Positions 20,396-32,311 of a DNA stretch of 64,000 bases are shown here, one piece after another (positions within the stretch are counted from its first letter, which is position 1; the number at the start of each line of letters is the position of its first letter). Source of the DNA: an uncultured Acidobacteriota bacterium (lineage in GTDB: Bacteria > Acidobacteriota > UBA6911); assembly GCA_963809485.1 (NCBI GenBank), contig CAWEJX010000007.1, forward strand, positions 726,673-790,672, given 5' to 3'. Both the position numbers and the translations under genes were made by a program. The notes beneath the pieces are model-generated. The model searched no databases. It was given only the letters and a program-made list of their open reading frames with translations, and was not told the origin of the DNA.

Positions 20396-21876
20396 TCAAA
20401 ACGGATTCTCGCTCGGGTATAACATTTTCCTCGAACGATTATGATGAACGTCGTCCACGCCGAGCATTCTGCAGGCGGCGAAAAGCGTTTTGCCGGCATG
20501 CTTGAATGCTATGGCCGTATGATGCGGAAAGCGTTTCTCGATCAGGACGTGCCGATAAAAACGCCCCATTTCCTTCACGGCGAAAACGCCGATGGATCCG
20601 AAGGACCTTGGATTGATTTCGAGCACCTCCCCGTTCGCCACGTAGGCCTGGATGCGCGCTTCGGGCGTCGACTGGATGCGGAAGATGGAGATCGGCCCGG
20701 ACTTGATCCGTCCTTCCAGCGTTCCTCGCGTGATATCGGGATCGCGGCCCGGTTCCTGCAGGCGGTGCATGATCAGCTGATACTGCATGGACGGATTCAT
20801 CAGGCAGGCGGACGATGTGTTGCCGCAATGAAAGCCCATCCACAGGTCGCTGAGCGCGTAGTCGCCCACCTGCCTTTTTGCATTCTTCGTACATGTCCTT
20901 GGGAACGGAGTTGTTGATGTCCAGGATGGCGGGCGGCAATTCCGTCGCGCAGACGGACATGTATTCGCTCAGCGCTCCGTAGATATCGGCTTCGCAGGCC
21001 ACGGGGATGCCTTTCGCCGCCAGCCGCGAGTTCATGTAGCAGGGAACATGGCCGAAATATTTCTCGAATGCCGGCCAGCACTTATTGGCAAACGCCACGT
21101 ACCGGGAAGCTCCCAGGTTCGCCTGCATGAACTTCTCGAGGGCGCATTCGTACTGGGCCATTTTCTCCAGCAGATCCGGATAGGTATTGCCCTTGCCCAG
21201 TTCCTGCGCTATCTTCCGGCGGCGCGTTTCACTTCGGGCTCGCCCTTTTCGGCCTGCACCAGGTCCAGAAAGATCCAGTTCGCTGTTTTCCATGATCTCG
21301 ACACCCAGGTCGAACAGCGGCTGAATCGGCGCGTGGCAGGTCAAAAAATCAAACGGCCGCGGACCGAAGGAAATGATCTTCAGATTGCGGACGCCGAGGA
21401 CAGTGCGCGCCACCGGCAAAAACTCCGCCAGCATCGCGGCGATATCTTCCGGATCTCCGATGGGGTATTCCGGAATGTACGGCCGGAGGCGCCGCAGTCC
21501 GATGTTGTAGGATGCGCTGAGCAGTCCGCAATAGGCGTCGCCGCGGCCATTGATCAGGTCTTTGCCGCTATCTTCCGCGGCCGCCACGAACATGACCGGG
21601 CCGGCAAATCTCTGGGCCAGCAGCGTCGTGGGCCCTTCCGGGCCGAAATTGCCCAGGTAGATCGCCAGCGCGTTGATGCCTTTCTGCTTCATCTCGTCCA
21701 GGGCTTTGAGCACATCCTGCTCATTCTCGATGATCGTTTCGATCTCGATGACCGGCACGTGGAGCTCCCTGCAGGCGGCAACCACGTTGCTCCGGCGCTT
21801 GCGGCGAAAGCTCGATCGGGAAACAGTCCCGGCTGACGGCAACGATACCAAGTTTGACATCAGGTATGTTTTGCAT
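20396..21876 (-). pseudogene. L-fucose-isomerase-like sugar isomerase, several frameshifts (or sequencing errors)
   Basis: Manual N-terminus MQNIPDVKLGIVAVSRDCFPIELS; LGNFGPEGP, RGDAYCG, CEADIYGALSE; C-terminal RFPHHTAIAF..ENPF lies in another frame. Confidence 0.75.
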
Positions 21877-21882
21877 GAATGT

Positions 21883-22582
21883 TCATCCTTGTTTTTTCTG
21901 GCCGTAATAGGCATTCGGCCCGTGTTTTCGTTGATAATGCTTCTCCTGAATATGCGCGGGCAGCGCGGAAATCGCGGGATTCAGCTGGAGGGATCCGAGA
22001 GCCATCTGGGCGATCTTCTCCAGGATAAGCCGTTTCTGTACGGCATCCGCGCAATTCTTCCCCCAGACAAAGGGAGCATGTCCGGCCACCAGCACGCCCG
22101 GGGTGGCCAGCGGATCCAGGCCGGCAAAACGCTCGATGATGACGGTCCCCGTCGCGCGCTCATACCCTTCGCGACTTCCTCTGCGGTAAGGAAGCGTGTC
22201 ACGGCACGGGCCCGTTGAAGTGATCGGCGTGGGTCGTTCCGAGGCACGGAATCTCACGGCACGCCTGCGCAAACATGGTCGCATACTCGCTGTGCGTGTG
22301 GACGATGCCGCCGATGGCGGGGAAAGCCTTGTAAAGCTCGAGGTGCGTCGGCGTATCCGAAGAGGGACGAAGATGTCCGTCAACGACATTGCCCTCCAGG
22401 TCCACGACGATCATGTCTCCAGCAGTCATGGATTCGTATTCGACGCCGCTGGGCTTGATTACGACGCGCCGGTCCGAGCGGCTGATGCCGCTGACATTTC
22501 CCCACGTCAGCGTCACCAGGCCCATAGCGCACCAGGTCCATATTGGCCTGAAAAACCTCTTCCTTAAGCTGGTCTCGAACAT
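21883..22582 (-). pseudogene. araD: L-ribulose-5-phosphate 4-epimerase, frameshifted
   Basis: [57 protein letters not shown] spread over 2-3 frames. Confidence 0.85.
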
Positions 22583-22584
22583 CA

Positions 22585-24310
22585 GTCAGTGCTCTCCGCA
22601 CCTCGTCCCGGATATCCAGCAGGTCTTTCATGACGTTGAACATGCGTCCCGACCACTGCCGGGTGCCAAAAGCATCATGCAACTGGCGGTAGAGCGCGTA
22701 CAGCTTTCGATAAATCACGATGGTGTTCGCGGCGGGCCGGTATTCCCTGCCGATTCCGACCATGGCCTTCTGCGCGTCCGCAGCCGAGTCGTATCCTCCC
22801 GCTGCCGCGCCCGCAGCGACGGCCGCAAAAACGGCGGCCCCCAGGGCCGGCGTCTGTTCGCTGCGCGAGATCTTCATGGGACGGCCGGTGATGTCGGCGT
22901 AGATCTGCATCATCAGCGGGCATTTTCGCAGGCCAGGCCGCCGCAGTTGACCACATCTTGATCGGCACGCCGTATTCCTCGATCCGATCGATGATGACCA
23001 GTGCTCCGAATCCGGTCGCTTCGAGCAGCGCCCGGTAAATCTCATGCGGCTGCGTGTGCAGCGTCTGGCCGATCAGCAGGCCCGAAAGCCGCACATCGAC
23101 CAGGATGGTGCGGTTCCCGTTGTTCCAGTCGAGCGCGAGCAGCCCGCTCTCGCCGGGCTCGAGCGCCGCCGCGGCCTTCTCGAGATTCGCAAACTGTTCG
23201 TCCTGGGTCCTGCCGTACTTCGCCGGGACCAGCGTGTTCACGAACCAGAGAAAAATGTCGCCGACGGCCGACTGTCCCGCTTCGATGCCGTAGTACCCGG
23301 CCATGACGGATCCGTCCACGATGCCGCAGACGCCCGGGAATATCCTGCAGCGGCTCATCGTTCGGGTGGATCATGATATCGCACGTGCTCGTCCCGATGA
23401 TTTTCACCAGCGTTCCCGGGGAAATCCCGGCGCCCACCGCGCCCATGTGCGCGTCGAAGGCACCCACGGCGATCGCGACGGAAGGAGAGAGCCCGAGCTG
23501 CCGCGGCCCATTCGGCGCGAAAGCGTGCCGGCGCGATGATCGGCAGTATATGCCGTGTCGTACAGTCGCGGGCGCGAGCGATCCGAGTCCCGGGGAGAAG
23601 CTGGTCGAGAAATTCGCTGTCCGGCAAGTCCGTGCCAGTGCCGGATTGAAGATGCGCCTTGTGCCCGGCCGCGCAGACGCTGCGCTTCATGCGTTCTGCG
23701 GCGACAAGCTCGCCGGTCAGGACGGCGGGAATCCAGTCGCAGATTTCAACCCAGCTGGCGGCGGCATCGAATACATCCTTCGCGACGTTTTTGCAGTGCA
23801 GGATTTTGCTCCACCACCACTCGGACGAGTAGGTGCCGCCGATTTTCGAGAGGTACTGCGGGCGCATTTCCGACGCCAGTCTGCGTGAATCTGCGCGGCT
23901 TCTTTGTAGCTCGGTGTGATCCTTCCAGAGCCACACCATTGCGGCGGGATTGTCTTTGGAATCTCTCCTGGAAACAAAGAGCCTGCCCCTCTTCATCCAC
24001 CGGCATCGGACTGCTTCCGGTGGTGTCGACTCCGATGCCGATGATGTCGGCCGGACTGAAAATCCGGATCGGCTCCTTCCCTTTTTGAATGAGCGCCCTT
24101 GATCGTTGCCTCGATGCCGAGGAGATAATCCGCCGGATTTTGCCTGGCCAGATTGGGATCCGAAGCATCGAGTAATGACGCCGTCGCTTCCCGAAGGGTA
24201 CGGGAAGACATGGCTGGCCAGTCTTCCTGTGCCCGAAGTCACGTCCACCAGCAAGCGAACGGCAGGAATTCGTGCCGAAATCCGACGAACGCCAATGATC
24301 AGCGTAGTCG
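22585..24310 (-). pseudogene. araB: Ribulokinase, heavily frameshifted
   Basis: [64 protein letters not shown] spread over 5 or more frame segments. Confidence 0.85.
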
Positions 24311-24329
24311 CGGACAGTGTGCGTCAGCG

Positions 24330-26095
<1,766 letters not shown>

Positions 26096-26116
26096 GCAAT
26101 GTTCTCCTCTTACAAG

Positions 26117-27275
26117 CTATTTGGTCGAAAATTGATAGATGGTAGTCTGACGATACATTTGTCCCGGCCTCAGCGTCACAGACGGGAATTGCGGCTTGTT
26201 CGGCGAATCGGGAAAAGCCTGGGTTTCCAGGCAGAGCCCGCTTCTGTGCTGATAGGCGACGCCGTTTTTCCCTTTCGCCGATCCGTCAAGGAAGTTGCCG
26301 GAGTAGAACTGAAGCCCCGGCTGATCGGTGAAGACGGTCATCATGCGCCCGCTGCCGACTTCATACAGCTCCGCGACCTTGCGCACACTGCCGGCGCTGC
26401 CTTTCAGGACCCAGTTGTGATCGTAGCCCTTGCCAAACGCCAGCTGCTCATTCGGCGTCGTTGATGTGCGCTCCGATCGCCATGGGAGTGCGGAAATCCA
26501 TCGGCGTGTTCGCCACATTCATCAATCTGCCCGGTCGGAATGAGTCCCTTGTCCACCGGAGTGATAGCCGTCCGCCTCGATCATCAACAGGTGATCGAGA
26601 ATCGTGTTGTCGAACGAGCCGGAGAGATTGAAATAGGAATGCTGCGTCGGATTCAGTATCGTGGGCTGGTCCGTCGTTCCTTCGTAGTCGATGCGCAGTT
26701 CGTTTTTGTCCGTCAGCGTATAGGTGACTTTCAGCGTCACCGTCCCGGGATATCCTTCTTCCCCGTCCCGGCTGACATATTGCAGCTCGAGCGACGGTTC
26801 GGCGGAATCGCTCAGAATCTTTGCATCCCATAGGACTTTGTTGAAACCGGTTTTCCCGCCGTGGAGGTGGTTCTCGCCGTCGTTGACCGTCAGCTGGTAT
26901 TGCTTTCCCGTCCAGCTGGAACTGCCCTTTGCCGATGCGGTTGCCGTAGCGTCCCACGATGGCCCCGAAATAGGCGGTGCCTTCGACGTATCCCTCCAGG
27001 GAATCGTAGCCGAGGACCACGTCCTCCATCTTGCCGTTCCGGTCGGGGACGATGAGCGACGTGACCGTCGCGCCATAGTTGATGATCCCTGCCGTGAGAC
27101 CGGAGCGGTTTTTAAGCGTGTATTGGTGCACCTCGCGTCCGTCAGGGAGTTTGCCGAAGACCGATTGCGTCATGGAGGCCGGCTCCTTTCGCTCTGTTTT
27201 CGTGGTTTCTTTGCGGCACGATGCCGCGCAAAAAATCGGGATGATGGCAAGGCAGAGAAGCGGGATACTCTTCAT
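26117..27275 (-). pseudogene. galM: Aldose 1-epimerase (mutarotase) with lipoprotein-like signal, frameshifted
   Basis: YFGAIVGRYGNRI, NHLHGG, NPTQHSYFNL, GYDHNW, PGLQFYSGNFL, CLETQ in three frames. Confidence 0.88.
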
Positions 27276-27359
27276 AGTCCATGCTCCGCGAATGGCGTTT
27301 TTTCGTTATAGGGTGAATGCGCAGTTTCGCATAACATCCGGCAGAGGGCAAATCCTAAA

Positions 27360-27427
27360 AAACGTTGAACGTTTGAACGTTTGAACGTTCAACGTTCCAA
27401 CGTTCCAACGTTCCACCTTCCACGTTT
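27360..27427. repeat. Family B AACGTT array
   Basis: aacgttgaacgtttgaacgtttgaacgttcaacgttccaacgttccaacgttcc. Confidence 0.85.
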
Positions 27428-27504
27428 TATATGGTGGAAGCGAGGATTGAAGGATGGAATAATAGGAAAACGAAAATCGACATCTGATAAAGGAGGCAGC
27501 AGAA

Positions 27505-28440
27505 ATGGCAAGAACCAAAGAATTTGCTCATCTTATGAAACCGATCCTCATTCAAAATCCTCCTGCAGGACTTTACCCCGAACCGCGCATGTGGATGGAG
27601 GCGAAGGACCTCGAGGGATTCGACGCACACTTCAGTTACGGGTTTATCCAGAAACCGTCCGTGATGCACCCGCTGGAAGGCTCGCTCATTCATCCTTATG
27701 ACGAACTATTGGTTTTCGTCGGCTACAAAGACGGCGATATCATGAAACTGGGTGCGGAAATATCGGTGGAGCTCGGCGAAGAGCGTGAAGAGCACGTGTT
27801 CGACAAGCCTTCGGTGATCCTGGTCCCGAAAGGCACCCCGCACGGACCGGTTACCGTCCGGAAACTCGATAATCCCATCGTTCATTACAGCATCGGCCTG
27901 GGCCCCGAATACAAGGCTTCCGCCTTGCCGAAAAAGGCCAAAACTTCCGGGACCAAACACGCCCATCTCATCAAGAGAATGCTGACCTACAAGGATCCCA
28001 ACGACACATCGGGATTCGCAAGAGTTACCGACGAAAAAGGCATCATGCACCCCGCCGAACTGGGAGTCGGGCCGGGCAACGGCGACCAGATCGTGTGGCT
28101 CTACGGCCGCGACCTCGAGGGGATGAACGTAAACTTCACCTGGGGCCTTTACAGCAGGTGTGGCAAATGGCACCGCGGAGGCGAAGCCCATACCCATCCC
28201 GAAGCCGAGATCCTCTGCTTTGTCGGCCTCGACCCCAGCGACCTCAACTACCTTGGCGCCGAACTCGAGCTGGGCATGGGCCCGGATTACGAACGGCACG
28301 TTTTCAACAAGCCGACCGTAGCCATCTGCCCGCAGGCCTTCCCCCATCTGCCGCTCATTACGCGGTGGGTCGACAAGCCCTACGGCTTCATGGTGATCTG
28401 CCTCAGCGGCGAACACGATTCGCCCTGGGTCGAGGCGTAG
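27505..28440 (+). CDS. Hypothetical protein with two internally duplicated cupin-like domains
   Basis: AGGAGG RBS; HPYDELLVFVG..LGAEI..HVFDKP..PHGP is repeated as HTHPEAEILCFVG..LGAEL..HVFNKP..PHLP. Confidence 0.75.
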   Translation: MARTKEFAHLMKPILIQNPPAGLYPEPRMWMEAKDLEGFDAHFSYGFIQKPSVMHPLEGSLIHPYDELLVFVGYKDGDIMKLGAEISVELGEEREEHVFDKPSVILVPKGTPHGPVTVRKLDNPIVHYSIGLGPEYKASALPKKAKTSGTKHAHLIKRMLTYKDPNDTSGFARVTDEKGIMHPAELGVGPGNGDQIVWLYGRDLEGMNVNFTWGLYSRCGKWHRGGEAHTHPEAEILCFVGLDPSDLNYLGAELELGMGPDYERHVFNKPTVAICPQAFPHLPLITRWVDKPYGFMVICLSGEHDSPWVEA

Positions 28441-28521
28441 CGTGGAAGGTGGAACGTGGAAGGCTGAATGCATTATGGCCAACCACCGCCTCTGGCGCCG
28501 CGACTCAAAGAGTTTGACAGC

Positions 28522-28645
28522 TCCGTATTTTGAAACGCTGACGTACGCTGACATGACGCTGACGTACGCTGAAAAAATATATAAATTTTTTTCGGCGTGG
28601 GTCGGCGTCCGTTCAGCGTAAGTCAGCGTTCAAGACCGGCGTAAC
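28522..28645. repeat. 124-bp exact direct repeat, copy 1 (family A element plus flanks)
   Basis: Identical to 29810-29933 by eye. Confidence 0.9.
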
Positions 28646-28719
28646 TAGTCCAACCGTTTTGAGCGGTTCAAATCCTTCAAGCCTCCGGCTTTGCCGGAGG
28701 TACCTGACTGAGGCCAGTA

Positions 28720-29829
28720 TTGCAATATCGTAAATTCGGCAGGCTTGATTGGGAAGCATCTGCGCTGGGTCTGGGCTGCGGGATGCTTCCCGATGATGCC
28801 GGCGAATCGATCGCGCTGATACGTTGCGCCATCGACAGTGGCGTGAATTACCTGGATCTGGGGCATCCCTATGATCTCGGACGCCACCAACGCGCAGCCG
28901 TGGCTGTCGGCGCCGCGCTTGCGGACGGGTACCGCAAAAAAGTCAAAGTCGCCCTGACGCTGCCCGTCCATCTCATCCATTCGAAAGCGGACCTGGAGGC
29001 GGAATTCTCCCGGCAGCTCAGCCTGATGGGCGCCGAGCGGGTGGACTTCTGCCTGTTCGGGAGTCTGAACCGCGAGAACTGGCCCGTCCTGCGTGGGCTG
29101 GGCGCGCTGGAATGGATGGAAGCCGCCCTGAAGGACGGCAGGGCCGGCTATGCCGGCTTCGCCTTCCATGACCATTATCAGCCGCTCAAGAGCATCGTGG
29201 AATCCTGGGACCGATGGTCGCTTTGCCGGTTTCAGTTCAGCTACATGGATGTCGCCCACGATCCCGGCATCACCGGCATACGGTACGCGGCCCGGAAGGG
29301 ACTCGCCGCGGTCGTGACGGAGCCCATGAAAGGGAGCCGGCTGGAACACCTGCCCGGGCCGGCTGCCGGCATGCTGGCCGGCGTGGAGAACCGCAGCCCC
29401 GCAGAATGGGCTCTGCGCTTTGTCTGGAATTTCGGGGAAATATCGACCGTCGTCCTCGACGCGAATTCCGTTGCGGGGCTGAAGAAGGCTGTGGAGCTTG
29501 CCGGCCGTTGCGGGCCGGACAGCCTGACGGTTCAGGAAGAGGTGCTGATCGGCAAAGTAAGGGATGCGCTCATGGCCCTGCGCGACATCCCGTGCCCCTC
29601 ATGCCGGGCCTGCATGCCCTGTCCCGTGGAAATCGACGTGCCGCGCATATTCGAGCTGTACAACGACGCATTCATGTACGGCGACGTGGAGAGCGCGCGT
29701 CTTATTTACCAGGATGAAGGGCACCAGCCCGGCCTGTGCACGGAATGCGGCTACTGCGAAAAAAACTGCGCCAAACGCCTCCCCGTCCTCGACCTCCTCA
29801 AGAAAGCCGTCCGTATTTTGAAACGCTGA
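28720..29829 (+). CDS. Aldo/keto reductase with C-terminal 4Fe-4S dicluster (COG1453-like)
   Basis: MQYRKFG..SALGLG, GFAFHD, EPMKG, CPSCRACMPCP, CTECGYCEKNC. Confidence 0.88.
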   Translation: MQYRKFGRLDWEASALGLGCGMLPDDAGESIALIRCAIDSGVNYLDLGHPYDLGRHQRAAVAVGAALADGYRKKVKVALTLPVHLIHSKADLEAEFSRQLSLMGAERVDFCLFGSLNRENWPVLRGLGALEWMEAALKDGRAGYAGFAFHDHYQPLKSIVESWDRWSLCRFQFSYMDVAHDPGITGIRYAARKGLAAVVTEPMKGSRLEHLPGPAAGMLAGVENRSPAEWALRFVWNFGEISTVVLDANSVAGLKKAVELAGRCGPDSLTVQEEVLIGKVRDALMALRDIPCPSCRACMPCPVEIDVPRIFELYNDAFMYGDVESARLIYQDEGHQPGLCTECGYCEKNCAKRLPVLDLLKKAVRILKR

Positions 29830-29933
29830 CGTACGCTGACATGACGCTGACGTACGCTGAAAAAATATATAAATTTTTTTCGGCGTGGGTCGGCGTCCGT
29901 TCAGCGTAAGTCAGCGTTCAAGACCGGCGTAAC
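29810..29933. repeat. 124-bp exact direct repeat, copy 2
   Basis: Identical to 28522-28645; supplies the stop codons of both the AKR and the S9 peptidase. Confidence 0.9.
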
Positions 29934-32092
29934 CCCTCCAACCGCTTTGACTTTCCACCAAATAGCGGTTCAGCCAGTCGAGGACTGTGCGGTAAAACAA
30001 CTCCGCGTTGAGCGGCTTCAGCACCCAGTGCCCTTCGTCGGGGAAGGATAGGAGTTTTGATTCGACTCCGCGCCTCTGCAGGGCGGTGAACATGGCCAGG
30101 CCTTCCGAGATCGGGACCCTGTAATCGAGCTCGCCGTGCGTCACCAGCTGCGGTGTTTTGAAATTTTTGACGTATCGGCTGGGGGAGAGGGCATCGTGCA
30201 GCGGCTGGTTTTCGTAGGGCGGGCCGCCCATTTCCCACTCGGGGAACCACAGTTCTTCGGTGACGTAGTAGCTGCTGGACTGGTCGAAATCACCCGCATG
30301 CCCGACCAGCGCTTTGAACCGGTCCGTGTGCCCCTGGAACCAGTTGATCATGAAGCCGCCGAAGGAGGCTCCCGCGGCGCCCATCCTATTGCCGTCGACA
30401 TAGGGAAGCTTCGCAACGTAATCCGCGGCCAGCATCAGGTCGCGGAAGCAGCGGCCGCCCCAGTCGCGGTTGATTTCGTCGATGAACTGCTGCCCGTAGC
30501 CCGTGGACCCGCGCGGATCGGGCATGAAGACGACGTAGCCCGCGGCGGCGTACATCTGCGGATTCCAGCGATAGCCCCAGTTGTCCCCCCACGAGCCCTG
30601 CGGCCCGCCGTGAACGAGCATGAGCGCAGGATATTTTTTAGACGGATCAAAGCGCGGCGGTTTGAGAATCCACATGTGGGCTTTGGGGATGTCGAGAGCC
30701 TTTTGCGCCGGCATCGCGGCCTCCAGCTGGACGGGGTCGATGAATCCCGCCACCGCGGCCGGATCGGTCTTCGGCCCGCCCGACGAGGGAGACGCGTCGT
30801 GCCAGTATTCCTCCGCGCGGTTCATGTCGAGTCCGGCCAGCAGAGCGTCGTTGTGGTGCGTCAGCGCCGTTGCCTGGGATCCGTCCGTTCGGACGGAATA
30901 AACTTCCGCGGGCTGATGCATCGACGACCGGGTGAAGACCAGCGTTCGCCCGTCCGGCGTCACTCCGATGTCGCCGGAGGAGTTTTCGGCGTAGATGCGC
31001 CGGATCGCGCCTCCCGCAACCGGGACCTCAAATATCGGGGTGCGGCCGCGGTCTTCGGCCAGAAAATATATCCTGCTCGAATCCGGCGCCCAGGCGAAAG
31101 AGTCGACCCAGCGGTCGAGTGCATCCGTCAGGCTGCGGCGCCTTCCCGTGGAGCGGTCGTAGATCATCAGCCGCAGGCGGTCGCTCTCGTATCCGGGGCG
31201 GGCCTGGGCGCGGTAGGCGATGTAGCGAGCGTCGGGCGAATACAGGGGAGACCCGTCGTAAGCGGGGTTTTCGGTGATTTTTTTTGTTTCACCCGTGGCG
31301 GTTGACCGTAAACAGGTCCGAGTTTGTCGACCGGGCTTCGTCGCGGTCGTGCTTCGAGGCGTAGCAGACTTCCTTGCCGTCGGGCGAGAAGGCGTAGTCG
31401 TCGGGGCCGCCCAGGGAAAACGGGGGGACGTCGTAATCGCCGGGCGTCAGGTCGCGCGGCGGCTGCGAGCCGTCCTTAGGGACGAGGAAAAGGTGGGACC
31501 GCCGGCCGTCGCTCCAGCTGCTCCAGTGGCGGAACAGCAGGCGGGTGGCGACGTGCGCCTTGACCCTGGCGTTGTCGGCCGCACTCTTCCGGCCGGCGTT
31601 GCACTCCATCGCCTTTTGCCCATCGGCGTCCGAGCATTCCGGGTAAACGTCCGACGTGAAGAGCAGGTGCTTCCCGTCGGGGCTGTAGAGCACGCCGCCG
31701 GCTTCCGTCGCGACGGATGTGACCTGGACCGCCTCGCCTCCCTCGAGAGGCAGGATGTAGACCTGGGCCCCGTCCCTCGCGGAGACAAATGCAATTTCCC
31801 TGCTGTCCGGCGACCAGCGCGGGCGCGCGTCGCTCTGTGCGGAGCGGGTGAGGCGGCGCGCCTCCCCGCCTGAAACGGGCAGGAGCCAGATGTCGGTGTT
31901 GCTGCGGTTCTTCTCTTTGTCGACCGCGGTGACCGTGTAGGCGATCCATTTGCCGTCCGGCGAGATCTGCGGGTCGCCGACGCGCTGCATCTTCATTAAA
32001 TCATCGAACCCGAGCGGCCGCTTTTCCGCGGCATCCAGGCAGATGCCCATGCTCAGGACAGTGGCGAGCAGGGCGTGAACGAAATGACGCAT
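29911..32092 (-). CDS. S9 family (acylaminoacyl/dipeptidyl) peptidase, one frameshift near 31300
   Basis: Signal peptide, PD40-like SPDG repeats, VHGGPQ, GASFGG, HGELDYRV, DEGH; manual bridge TATGETKKITENPAYDGSPLYSPD joins the two ORFs. Confidence 0.88.
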
Positions 32093-32129
32093 GTTGCCTC
32101 CATAATTATGGGCGACTATTCTATCACTA

Positions 32130-32228
32130 TAACGCTGACGTACGCCGAAGGACGCTGATGAACGCTGAAAAAATATATATATAAATTGTTTCGGCGTGTG
32201 TCAGCGTTTTGTCAGCGTAAGTCAGCGG
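32130..32228. repeat. Family A palindromic repeat
   Basis: taacgctgacgtacgccga...aaaaatatatatataaattgtttcggcgtgtgtcagcg...gtcagcg. Confidence 0.9.
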
Positions 32229-32311
32229 ATAAATTCATGAATGGGCTTTCGCCGGGATTGGTGTAATAATGCTTCGTTTTTGCGCGTTCTGTTGATGCCG
32301 AAGGTTGAACG

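Noticed and set aside
31278-31285. T8 run as a programmed frameshift or phase-variation site in the S9 peptidase
   Set aside because: Manual translation places the frame change about 15 nt away; the run reads in frame as TKKI.
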